NCBI GenBank assembly: GCA_015680685.1
Contig: MNCI01001551.1
Coordinates: 409,486 to 473,485 of the forward strand
Direction: 5' to 3'
DNA from: Gnetum montanum
Lineage: Eukaryota; Plantae; Gnetophyta
DNA: 64,000 nucleotides
Shown here: piece by piece, positions 1-12,500 of the stretch
Layout: each line of letters begins with the position of its first letter
Numbering within the stretch: position 1 is the stretch's first letter
The notes under the pieces: generated by a model
Database searches by the model: none
What the model was told of the DNA's origin: nothing
The model's input: the letters and a program-made list of their open reading frames with translations, nothing else
Translations under genes and position numbers: made by a program

Positions 1-2442
1 CTAAGGATATTACTGGAGGAGAAAATGGAGGAAGAAATTATGAAAATAAAAATAGAAAAGAAACATATTTTTTTTAACAACAATGTTTGAAAGTCAATGT
101 TTGATTTTAAAGCACGTTATGTGTAGATGTAATAAAAGCATATATGTTTTAACATATATGCATGTAATGCATATTACTTTTTCTTTCACATTGCATTTTC
201 CTTCATCACCTCACCCACCCCTTTTTTTCTGCTACCATTTTCCACTATCATTTTCCAAAACCATGTTTCATTTCATTTTTTTAGAAAGACATTTTTTGTC
301 TATTCTTATTTCTTTTGAAGATAATTTAATCCTAGTTTCTTTCATTTTTTTCCTTTATAAATAGGTAGTGGCCCTAGATACATCTTTTCATAGTTTGAAG
401 AAGGAGTTCAAGTGTGATAGGCTAAGCAAGGAAAAAACCAATTAAGAGCATTAGGTGGGAAAGGAAGACATAAGAAAATTATAGAAGCCTTGACAAAAAA
501 AGGAAGTTTATTTTATTTTCTTTTCACATGATTTTCCCATATTCCTATGGATTGTTTATCTTTCCTCTCTACATCCTGGTCTTCTATTATTCTTCTATAT
601 TTTTAATTAACATGTCGAGATGCTATCAGATTTTGTAATTTCAGGTTTCTTTTTTGAAAAAAAATATTTTAATCTTGTTCATACCATTTTATGTTTTATG
701 AATATTTATTATGTACTCATGATATAAACATGATTTGTAAGAATTTTTTGGACTTTAAGCTTATTATGAAATTTTGACCATTTTGAGAACCTTTTGAAAT
801 TTTGGATTATAATAATAATAATTGTGTGATCAATTTTGATCAATTAGTAGTGGGATATATGAATCTTTTAGATGCCTTCATTTGCATGTAGTAATGAAGT
901 GTTCTTTAGTAAGATCCATCCCATAGGAACAAGGGTTGTTGGTTGGATTTTCCACCTTGAATTTTGATTTGTAAGTTCGTATAAGTTTATGGATTTAGGT
1001 AAGATCATGGCACTAAGTAGTTGAGTCTAGTGATGTGTTGAGAGGCATAGTCTAGACTTATCCTTCCAATGATACAGGTGCCTCAACTATTAAGGACGTT
1101 AGTAGTGAGGCTATTACCAAGACCTAGCCATGAGTGACTTGTTTGGGGTCATGAGGCTAATTTGATGATAGTAGTGAGATTATTCCAAGAGTTTTTGGTG
1201 AGTTTCTTTGGTAGTGAGGGTAACAAAGACCTAGCCTTCGGAGATGCCTGATTAAAATACACATATTTTGGATTTTGTTGGACAAACTATGATATCTTTG
1301 GACACAAAAGAAATTAAATTATTAAAATATTTATGTTTTCTTAGGATATTTGGATTTTATTTAGATTTCAAGAAAATTTGTGGCATTTATAGACCTTGTA
1401 ATACTTTTGCATATTTTAATTGGAAACCTTTACTGAGCTCATATCTTGAGACTTTTCGTCTATAACCTTTATGCTTCATGAAGAGTGAAATAAAATAACC
1501 TTTCTTATTTGAGGAGTTTTGACTCTTCCTGCATTTCAATGTAGAAAGCCCATAATAGATAAGGAGACATCAAAAGAAAAACATAGGACGAAAGATGGAT
1601 CAATTCTGTACAAGATAAACTCTTAACTTGAAAAATAATTTTTGTATATATATATTTTAAATAGAAACCTTGTACATTTCTTTGATATTTGAGCTGTGTA
1701 TCTATTTTTATGAATAAATAACAAAGTACGATAGATATGAATTTTCCATCTAGGCCATTGGAATCATGAGATTGCAAGGAATATCTTTCATTTTGGCATG
1801 TGCTATATGTTTAGCAAAATTTAATATTGTTAATTATATATTAATATTTTATTTAATTATTATTTTTGATTTTAATACTTAATTGGTAAATTTTAAACTT
1901 GAATATCTTTATTTCTAGATGTCCAATTGAGACAAAAACAAGTATTGTTAGGATCATTATTTTGTGTACTATTTTATGTTGTAATTAGTGAAATTTCTAG
2001 ACATCTATATTTTTGTAGCTATGTAAATATCTCTTTTTCACTAAATAAATTTTATTTAATTATGTATGCAAGTATTATAAAATTTTTCTATGCGATATTT
2101 CTCTACTATATTTATGCTCTTAATTAATAATATTATCTATTTTTCTCTACTGTATTTATGGCTTTATTTAAACTAGTAATTCAAGGTTAATTCTAGATCC
2201 TTTGGATTTTGTGGCATCCCTATTAGTTATTAATAGGATCTTATAAATAATTAATAGGAGTGTTATATTTACCTCTAATAGTTTCATCCTTGGTGGTAGA
2301 TGTTGAAGTAATAGTTGAAGATGAAGTAGCTAATAAAGTGGGCGTAGATGTATTTTGAGTTTCATAGAATGCCACCTTCTTCTTCTTTTATGAAAAAGAC
2401 TACTTATTAACTTGATCCTTTCCATTTTTCTTGTTATGTTTT

Positions 2443-3254
2443 TGATGGGACGCGATATCACGTACGCGATATCGCGTCCACCCTTACGATATTGTGTATG
2501 AGATATCGCAGCCCGCCGCAATGTCTATAAATAAGAAGCGGCCTTCCTTATTTTAGGCACTTAGATTTAGACCCTTAGCGAAACTCTTGTAGTTTTATCA
2601 TTCTAGAGTTAGAATAATTTCCATGTGCCCGCAGTAGGAGTCTTAAAGTGAATGGATCTTTATTCTAGCAAATTGTACTTGAGCACACATTTGTGTATGG
2701 AAATAAAGAAGAACTTTCTGATAAACCTTGCAGCATGTGGACTAAGCTAAATAGGAATTAATTATTGTTAAATGTTTAAATTATTTATTAGAAGATTAAT
2801 CTCTCTCAACCCTTGACTCTCCTAGTTAAGTGCACTCAGTACGACCACTTCGAGAATGTGTGCAATGCTTGGTAACCCAGTAATGAGTAGCGTTTGGTAA
2901 TCCCAGCAGCATTGCACTAGTTTAGGGTGTGTACAGCAAGTGGGAATGGATGTTGGTGCTAGGAAAATTAGAACTTAGTTAGTGAATAGTTAATGAAAGT
3001 TATTTACTTAGTTCTCTTCACCTTCCCTTATTAGCATAGGATATTAAAAAGATAAAAGGCATAAAAGTCATGTACCTCAAGCTTACTTAACCATACAACC
3101 GTGACAATACAAGTAAGTTTGAGAAGACAATGATTGATTAACCTTAAGTGTTTCATTAGGGTGCGTAAGCACTTAGTCCTTGGAGTTCGACCAGATCATG
3201 CATGAAATGCTCGTATTCGTATGGTTGAGTGTAGGGCTACCTCGCCACTCATCA
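2443..3254 (+). mobile_element. Solo LTR of an Athila-like Ty3/gypsy family
   Basis: Termini are TGATG...CATCA and flanks are GTTTT/ATTTT (5-bp TSD with one transition). It has a TATA-like CTATAAAT at ~2525. The 3' end (GTATGGTTGAGTGTAGGGCTACCTCGCCACTCATCA) matches the LTR ends at 10424, 18144 and 23617. No PBS follows. Confidence 0.8.
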
Positions 3255-3929
3255 ATTTTATTTTCTTTTATGCTTGGTTATGTATATGAATTGGATGTAT
3301 GAGAGTAGGAAGCGATGGTCATCCTGTTCAGATGGCTAAGGATAAGAAATGCAATGGGAGAGGTACTAAATAAGGCAAAACATGGAGAGAATTAATTGGA
3401 TAAGATGGAGTAGGCAAGGATAACCTGATCCTTGATGATGATGGAGCTTTGGAATTTATGAAATTTGGAGGGACAAGGTGAGTGTTATAGAATGATATGA
3501 GATCTATGAAAAATAATATTCTTCATACTTTTTGGATAACTAGATAAGAGGAAATATCTATAGGAAGATTAATAACAAAAGGTTTTTTGGATTTAGGATA
3601 ATTAGATTATAAGGGTACTTAGAGATTATCTTAAGAGCAACCCAACTAGATAATGAATAGGCTTTTGGGATGATTGCGTATATGTTCAAGATGAAATGTA
3701 GATACATTCCTTGAATGGAAATTCAAGGGATCTTGAAAGATTTTCATGTCTTGATTAATGGATTGAATTGGTATGTTGAAGACTATTATGCTTTTTCAAC
3801 AAGATATTGAATATTATCTTTGAGTGTATTATAGTTATCTGTATCATGACATGCAATCTCATGATAATAGTAGAATTTATTAGGATCATTGGAGTAGGTT
3901 CACTTCACTAATTAATCACATTCAAATAC

Positions 3930-6900
3930 TAAATTTAGATATTATGCAAAGGCAAAGCTTTTTGTTAGAAAACAAGAAAAAAAGAAAACTAGCTATCTTC
4001 AATGAATTTAATAAAAGATTACAACAAGGTTCTCAAAACCCAAAAACATCCAAAACCTATAACACTCAAACAATATTGCAAAGCATGAGGCTCTACTACC
4101 ATACAATGGCTATTCTTAGTGTAAGATACAACCAATAGAGAATCTCTCCCATAACCTAGAATTGAGATCTAGACTCCCAAGTAAGACACAAGAGAATAGA
4201 GCACATAAACTAACACATCACAGGTTGATGTTGGAGCTACAATCATCAATTGCACTTACTTAATGTGTTTACACAGCCTTTCTTGCTTAGCTTTCTATAA
4301 GTAAGAGCTCTATTCCACACTCATCACATCAAGAATTATGAATTACATCAATATTTATGGATAACATGAATATCAAAAACCTAGAAACCTTCCCTCAACT
4401 CAAATTGAAGTTCCTTAGATGTTTCCATGGTCTTCTCAGCTTCTCTTTGGCTATTTTCATCCTTTTCCAACTTACACAAGCTATTTTTAGAATTGAAACA
4501 TGTGATTTTAAAAGTTTTCCTAATTGTATAAATCATATCTAGCAAGTTGAATCATGTCCTATAAAACAAAAATTTCAACAAAGATGTTTACTATTTTTGA
4601 AGATGTATTCCTTGAGATGTCTCCCCTCAAAACAAGATGTCTTCTCTTAGGACAAGATGTCTTCCTTGAGACATCTACAAAATCAGCAAGACATCTCCTC
4701 TATCTCTAAGACATATTGTGTTAAGATTTCACTTCTAATCAAGATGTCTATTTGAGCTTTAAGACATCTTCATAGAGTCTGAAACCTGTAAAACATGCAC
4801 ATAAGGAAGGGAAAAAGAGGATTAGAAGAGGTATCCCTACACTAATCATACTACCTTGGAATTAGTGTATCTCCTTCTATACCTTGAGAAGGATCTCTCA
4901 CTATAGTTTGTAAGCATATGAATCTAGCCTATAATTACTCCTAGTCCTATTTTAGGATCATATGATCACCTTTTAGTAGTATTTAGTAGAGGTGAGTGTA
5001 GAACATCAGAAACTTATGGTACTTTGATTAGTCCTTGGGTTATATTCTTTACTATCCCCCATTCAATGAAGTTTGTCTAGCATTTATTGATAGTGAATGA
5101 GGATGCTGGAGAAGTTTGATTTACCAAAGCTACTATTCATCTTACATTCTACTAGGACTATTCTTTATCTATTTTCTTAATTTTATTAAAAGAGTTAATC
5201 TATTTTAAGTTAGTGCATTGGATGACCATCTCTTTGATATGCTTGGTAGAAGTAATAGAAACATGAAGACTAAGTGTCCTAGGATAAAATAGCTTATCTT
5301 TGATATAATTATTGACTAGTCCATCAAAAATATCTAGTAGTTGATCATTAGTAGTTAGGTAAGTAAGCTTCATTATGGTTGAATTCCATCTAGAGGTGAA
5401 CTTAGAAATGAATTCAGTAGATGCCTACTTAATGATCAATAATTTTTGCAATGTATCACTCTTAGTGATATTGTACTAGAAAATCTTTATAAAGGTGCTA
5501 AAAATATATTTTAGAAAGATGATAGGACTCTATACCATTTAAGTACTTTTCTAGTTAGAGAGTTGGAAATGCTTCTAAGTATAGTGTAGGGATTGTTGGA
5601 AAACAACATGCATTCATTGCAAAAAGTGATGACATGATTGATGGGATTAGACTTCCTATTATAATTGATGAAGTTAAACAATGAGATTCTCTTGGGAACT
5701 TGAGGAGATAAAATTAAGGAAATGATAAAGTCAATAAGAAGATGGATAATAGAAATAATAGGACTACTCGAGAGAGTGTTGTGGATTTTCATGTCTGATC
5801 CTTGGCATACAACTTGGATAATAAGTCTTAAAGTAGGAGCATTAAATTAAGAGAAATACTAGGGATGGATGATAGAAAGGGATTATCCATAATGGAATTA
5901 TGAATAGGCAAAGTTTTTTTTTGAGATATAATAGTTAACTTGGAGATAGACTGTGGGATACTATATTGAGACATATGTTAGGAAGATCGAAGGAATGCTA
6001 GTTAAACTTGTCATAATTGGATTGGTGATATATGGGATAGGGGATGGAAAGGATTTAGGAGGGTATTATAATTCTACACTAATTTTAAATTAACAATATT
6101 TATACTTGGGAATAGACTATATGTAGATGGAAAGGTAACTACTAGTGAGGCAGTAATAGTTAGAGTGATGAACATGGGTTTAATAGGGCTAGTAGCTTGG
6201 GAAATATGCATAGAGAATGAGTTAGTGGCTTTAATAAGATTAACATGCTATAGAATTGGGATCTGTGGTTGCATTATTTATTGAAGGAAGAGTTTGGTAG
6301 GTGATAAACTATGAGGATTCTCATTCTCATCATCATCATGAATGTTGATTCCACCACCTTCACTATGTTATTCTTAGAATTGATAATTTTTGCTATTAAA
6401 GTTACTATTAAAATGCTAAACAATGTGATTTACCATAACCTATCTTTGCTTAATTTTACCATTCTCTAGTGCTTAAAGTTTATCTTTATGGCTAGGTACT
6501 CTACTAATATGACTTGTTTGAATTGATCAAGCTTAATGAGATGGTTAGGATTGGATAAGAATGATTCCAAGTCATTAGATGTTTTATATGTTGTCATCCT
6601 TCTTAGCTTGCTTTTAGAATGAGCCATGTTCATCTCTCTCTTTGTGCATGTAATCTTGTAGTCATGTTAATTCATGGATGCTACAAGAACCTATGTCTTT
6701 TATAACTCCATTAATCTACCACTATGGGAGTTCTCTAAGAAGTTGGAACCTAAGCCGAACATGATATCAATGAGTGTCTCTTATTTATACATAGAAATGA
6801 GGATCAAGAGGAAGTGAAAATATAAATCTAAGTGGTAAAAGCATGAAAAATAATCTAAGTGCTAGAAATAACCTATAAGCTACTAGGTGATGGTTTTGTT

Positions 6901-7100
6901 TTTTTTTTTTTTTAATAAAAATATTCATGAAAAATTATTCTTTTTGAACCTTGAAAGAAGACATTCATGAATCAAATGCTAAGTATCTAACTCATGACTC
7001 TAAATGGTCTTTAGATTGATATAATTCTTGATAAGTCAATAACCAAGACAACAAGGGACTCAAACTTCCAATCAAATATAGACTTAGCCTACTATCTAGA
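3930..7100 (-). mobile_element. Highly decayed Ty1/copia (Sirevirus-like) relic
   Basis: The minus strand near 5300-5370 reads KLTYLTTNDQLLDIF, resembling the copia RNase H C-terminal DQLADIFTK motif. An AGACATCT/AGATGTCT array at 4580-4770 matches the arrays in the element at 42.5-47 kb. Boundaries are uncertain. Confidence 0.4.
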
Positions 7101-7139
7101 AATTAGGACTAATAAAGAAATTAACAAAGAAACAAAATA

Positions 7140-7600
7140 TGGATAAATTACCAAAGAAAATATAAGATGAAATACCTTGGTGTATGCTATTTATAGAAGA
7201 TATTGTGTTGGTAGATACAACTTAAGAATTGCTTCTAAAAAGGAGAAGTGGAGGCATGGTCTAGAATCAAAAGGCTTAAAAATTACCTAGTATAGAGATC
7301 AAAACAATATTTGAAGTAATTTCTATTTTAGATAAGCTACAAGAGTAGTGGCTTAGATGGTTTAAATATGTACAAGGAGGATTAGGAAATAAGCTTATTA
7401 ACAAATATTGATACATAATTATTCTAGTAATGCCACCGAAAGGAAGACCAAAGAAGACATGGAAAAAAGATTAAAGATGATTTAAAGAAATTACAAATAA
7501 ATAAAGATCTAGCTCTTCATAGAGGCAAATGAAAAAAGAAAAGAAAAACTCATGTAGCTAATATCATTTTCTGGGACTAAGATTAGAATGATAATAATGA
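7140..7600 (+). mobile_element. RTE-clade LINE, 3' fragment with internal deletions
   Basis: It encodes a degenerate DEIPWCMLF.EDIVLV...WRHGLESKGLKI, then LRWF.YVQ and GRPKKTW. It ends in CATGTAGC...TGGGACTAAG and an ATG/ATA microsatellite-like tail. Confidence 0.75.
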
Positions 7601-8429
7601 GGGAAATTAATGAGAAGTAATAATTCTAAGTAAACATGTCTAACCAATGAAAATAAAAATTAGGTATGGAAATGAACTAGAAGCAATGTAAAATAAAAAT
7701 TTAATTATGGGAATTATGTTTATGATGATCTAGAGTAAAATATAAAATATAAATAAGAGAATTAAATGAGGGAAAGGATTTTGATATCTTCTTCTCAATT
7801 ATCAATATGCTTTATTGATAAAAAATGAAGTTTACCCTATATGAAGGGATAAAACTACAAGAGATGGTGGAAAAGTATCAAATATAAAACTTATAATAAA
7901 GGCTCAAGTTATAAGTAATGTATAGATTCAGATGATAAAATTTATTCTTTAGGAGGTATTGACGTAAGTAGGAAAATTACAAATGTAATCTGAAATCAAA
8001 TTACAGTCAAAACAAGATTGTTTTGATGAAGTATCTAGTAAGTAATTCTAGAGATGAAAAAAATATAACTTTGGTGTAGGTGATGCAAAAATTGTCTAAG
8101 TAACATTGGAGTTGACATTGATGATAGCATTAGAATTATACTACTTATAATTAAAAACTTTGGCCTTGAACTAGACTTGTAGACTACTCAGAGAATTTAG
8201 AATGACCATGAAGTATGGGAGAGACTTTGGGTAAACAAGTACTCATATTCTTGATGTCTCAAAATCCAAAAATGTACACTAGATCTTAAGAAATAGGCCT
8301 TAAATATGAGTTTTAACCTAATATTTATAGACTTAGAATATCCAAACTCATCCTCAAAGTTATGTGTAGTTAGCTGAAGTTCATTTTTTGAAACTAGAAG
8401 TTAAAGTACAAATTGATGACATTGATGTA

Positions 8430-8850
8430 GATTTGACTAGATAGGTGATATTGATACTTATGTCATGTCACCTTTGTGATGCTAATTCTTGCATTACTTT
8501 TCCTTCACTAAGAAAAATTTCATGTTGATTTATTAATGCAAATATAACTAAGGTATGTAATGTAAATGATAACACTGATGCTTATGTCTTGTCCTCATGG
8601 TGATGTTGACTCTCATGTCACTTGTCCCATACTTAAGAAAAATTTCATGTTTCATATGCTAACAAAAATTTGACTAAGATAGGTAATGCTGATGCTCCTG
8701 TCACCTATCCTCCACTTAGAAAAATTTCATATTTCATGTGTTAATGAAAATTTAACTAAGATAGGAAACATTTATGCTGATGCTCACATTATGTTATCTT
8801 GGCAATGATGATACTTGCATCACCTATCCCATTCTCAAAAAAAATTTTGG
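8430..8850. repeat. Degenerate tandem repeat, ~4 units of ~90-125 bp
   Basis: The string ACTTA(A)GAAAAATTTCATGTT...AAT(T)TAACTAAG(A)TAGGTAATG recurs at about 8505, 8630 and 8715, with a partial copy near 8830. Confidence 0.6.
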
Positions 8851-9563
8851 CTAATAAACAAACTTATGAAGCATGCTAGAGAATTGAATAAGGTAAGTGT
8901 CATTAATGTTGACATTTCTATTAGTATCACCTAGAAAATATCAGTCTAAAATTTAGCCTTGACCTATTGAAATAGTTCTAAACTTCTTGAATTCACCATT
9001 TAATACCTTGGAAATGATGTTGACTAGTTAGAGGATCCATGAGGTCAAAAATAAGCCATGGAAGCAAGTTTTACCATGGTGATAGGGAGGTGATGCTCAA
9101 GGGATGATGTTGATGCTACATTAGCATCAACATCAATGTTATTTATAGGACACTTAGAATTTTAGTCTACCAAAGTCATCAAGGTTGCTAAAACTAATGC
9201 TCATGTGCTAGATCATGATTGGAAACATCTTTTAAATGCCTATGAAAGCCTAATATATAGCTTATGATGATGATTTTAGAGACTTAGTCCAAGTGAATAT
9301 ATTAATGTCAAAACCATACTTGTGTTGTTTGTATGCAAAAATAAAAAAGGTAGGTACAATGTGTTATTAATTACAAAAGAGCTTTATTATTTTAGCATTT
9401 AGAGAATGATGAATTACTAGATCATCCTTAATTTTATAAATATGAATATTCTTATCATGATAATGCTTAATTTAATTTTGATAGTTTTGGATGTTGATAT
9501 CAACTTGCTTATAATATTATTCTAAGATATTGAGTTTCACATATCTCATTTGGATATTATGTT

Positions 9564-12500
9564 TGATGAACATGTTTATGTCATCTACTGCAATGTCTTG
9601 TATGTGACATCAAGTACATGATGTTGAGTACACAATGTTAGGATCCAGCTACGATGTTGTGTATGCAACGTTAGGGTATATACCCTAAGTCTATCAATAC
9701 TATGCTTAGGCTCCACTTTTATCATTAGTTTTTGGTCATTTTCTAGTCAGAGTAGCAAAAATTTTGCCATTTCTTCCTTTCAGAATTAGAATACTTTTTT
9801 AGTGCTTGTAGAAGGACTCCAAGTGTGTATGGTTCTTTGTTTGAGCACTGCTGTACCTGAGCACAACAATTTGATAGGAATAAAATGAACTCTTTTGAAA
9901 ATCCTTGCAGCACTAAGAATAGATTAATATTTTCTTTAATGCATTTTAGTTTTTTTTCTCTTATTTTAATGCATTTGAATTAATAAATTTATTTCTAGTT
10001 ATTAATGAACACAAGCATGACCACTTCAAGCATACATATAGTATTTGGTTATCTAGTAACACTTAACATTTGGTAGCCCAGTAGTGCTATGTGTATTCAA
10101 GAAAGTGGGACAATTACTCATGTTAGACTAGATATGCAATAAACAAGTAACATTTTAAGTTACTCTACTCTTCATTCTTATTGTAGGTGATTACATCTAT
10201 AAAACATAAAACAATACAAAAATCATATACCTCAATTACACTTAAACCATACCCTTGAGCCTCATAAGTGTAGTTGGGAAGACAATGAATGTTCTCAATG
10301 CTTATTTCACTTCCTAGAAGAGCTAGTGCATTAGATAACTATAGGTCCATAAAATTTGACTAGATCATGCATAACAACTTAGTGATTCATATGGTTGGGT
10401 GTAGGGGTACTTCACCAATCATCATTGGTGTTGTTGCTGAGGATCATTTTGTTTTTGTTTTATGTGCTATCTAGGGCCTAGTGATAAGTATTTAATTCAT
10501 TGGAATGAACCTAAGAGTCATATCTTATCTTACAATTACTACAAAAAATTGTCAGAAGCATACTATGATTTTTTAGTTTGCTAACCAACAATGTCTTGTT
10601 CTCACAGGAGCAATTTGCCGCCTATGACTAATAAAGCATATCAACGAGTGCCTCAACAATATCAAATTATATATACTCATTCTGATGAGTCTGTACCGAA
10701 CTTCACCTTCATCCTACACTAGGGTGAACAATTGCGGTGGTGTAACATGGAAGGTAACATTGTGTTGCCAGTTAATTGAGCTATTCCTAAAATGCTCTAC
10801 CAAATGCTTACATGATGTGGCCTCCAATACCATCATGTGGAGTATATTGTGGAAGATACTAATACCAAGGATCATCATCATACTAAAGCACAATGTCTAC
10901 AGGTAGGTAGAGTAGCACTACGAATTTTTGAAGGGAAAAGGACTTAACTATTCTCCATTCCTATTGTACCAACAAGCTAGTGGGAAACCCTTCTTTGGGG
11001 ATTTTCCATTCAATGAAACTCCTCTCTTTGACTTTGGTGATGGAGGTCAAAATTAAAACTTAAACTCCACAGTTCACAATCTTGGTTCTGGTATCAAACG
11101 GTCCAATGACAAAGAAGGATTTGGAGGGGAAAGTTAAAACAAGGATGTAGACAAAAAGAAAAATCATGATTGTGGTTGTGATTGTTGAAGAGGTGGAAGT
11201 AGGCATTATGATGGTGTTGATTCTCCTTCCTATTCCCCTTCATCATCATCTTCTTCTTTTGGCTCTAACCATGACCATAGAAGGCAAGATCAAGATGAAG
11301 GTGTTCAAAATGAACAAAATGACTGATGGGACCAAAATAACCAAAGGGACAATTAGGATAGAAATGATTAAGGGCATAGACATTCAAGAGAGGCACATCA
11401 CCATGAACGAAGGGGTAGTAGAGGGCATCACAAAAACCATGATCAAGGCCTTGATGAGCCTCTACTTGCTACCCAAAATATGCTTAACATCGTAGAGGTA
11501 GTAAGAATTCCAACAAGGCATGTGAAGGATAGTTGGATCAAACAGTTAGACATGAATAATATTCCTCAATTTGAAGGAGGATATAACTCTGATATGCAAA
11601 CCATAGAGAATGAGTGGTAGAAACTAAAGTTGTACCCTAGGACACTTATCAAAGAAGCAAAAAACTAGTATTGATCCTTAGAATCAGAATCTATTAGACG
11701 ATGGAGTACCATGCTTGAATTTTTCAATGATAAATATCAAATGTACTCCAAGGTGTCCAACTTAAGGAAGAAAATTCAAGGATGGAAACAAGAAAGGAAC
11801 AAACCCTTAGATGTTTCCATTAGTTGATACTATGCCTTAATGCACAAATGTCTAGGCCATGGTTACTCTCAACTGGATCAACTTTGCCACATAGTAGATG
11901 GGCTTTAGGTAAAAATGAGGGGAACCCTTGGTGTTTATGCCCAAGGACGATTGTCAGAACTATGTGCCCATTGGATATAAAGATTAATAGAGTAGATCTC
12001 CAAAGAGAAGGGAAAACTAAGAAAAAGAAAAAGTGTAGAAGAGTACAACCATGATCCTTCCATTTGCAAGAGAGAGATTCAATTCTGCGATAGTGAGGAC
12101 GAGTTCGTATTTGATGAGGGGATGAATACGAAAAACCTTGCCACTTTAAAAATTCCATTCTAAATTTACAGCCAAGGTTGATCAATTATGGAACTCAATG
12201 GATAACAGATTTCAAGTTGTTCTCAAAATTGCTGAAGAGTCCAAAGAACAAGGTAGTAATCGTGAGCACAGGAGGTGCAAGGAAGCTAAATGTGCATATC
12301 ACAAAGGTAAGAGAAAGATTGCTACAATTGAAGAAGTTATGGATAGTGAATCAGATGATGATCATGGGTGTGACATACATTAGTATGAACATCCTAAGGG
12401 ATGTTGCCCCATTGTGTCACATCTATAGAAGTTTGGGATGTACGCCTTACATCCATAACTTACACAAAGGTAAACATCTAGAAGGTTATTTTATCCTTAA

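Noticed and set aside
1-2440. Probable LTR or TE internal sequence (TATA-like TTTATAAATAG at ~354, short internal repeats at 1100-1235)
   Set aside because: No termini, PBS or coding motif could be fixed, so it is not called as a feature.
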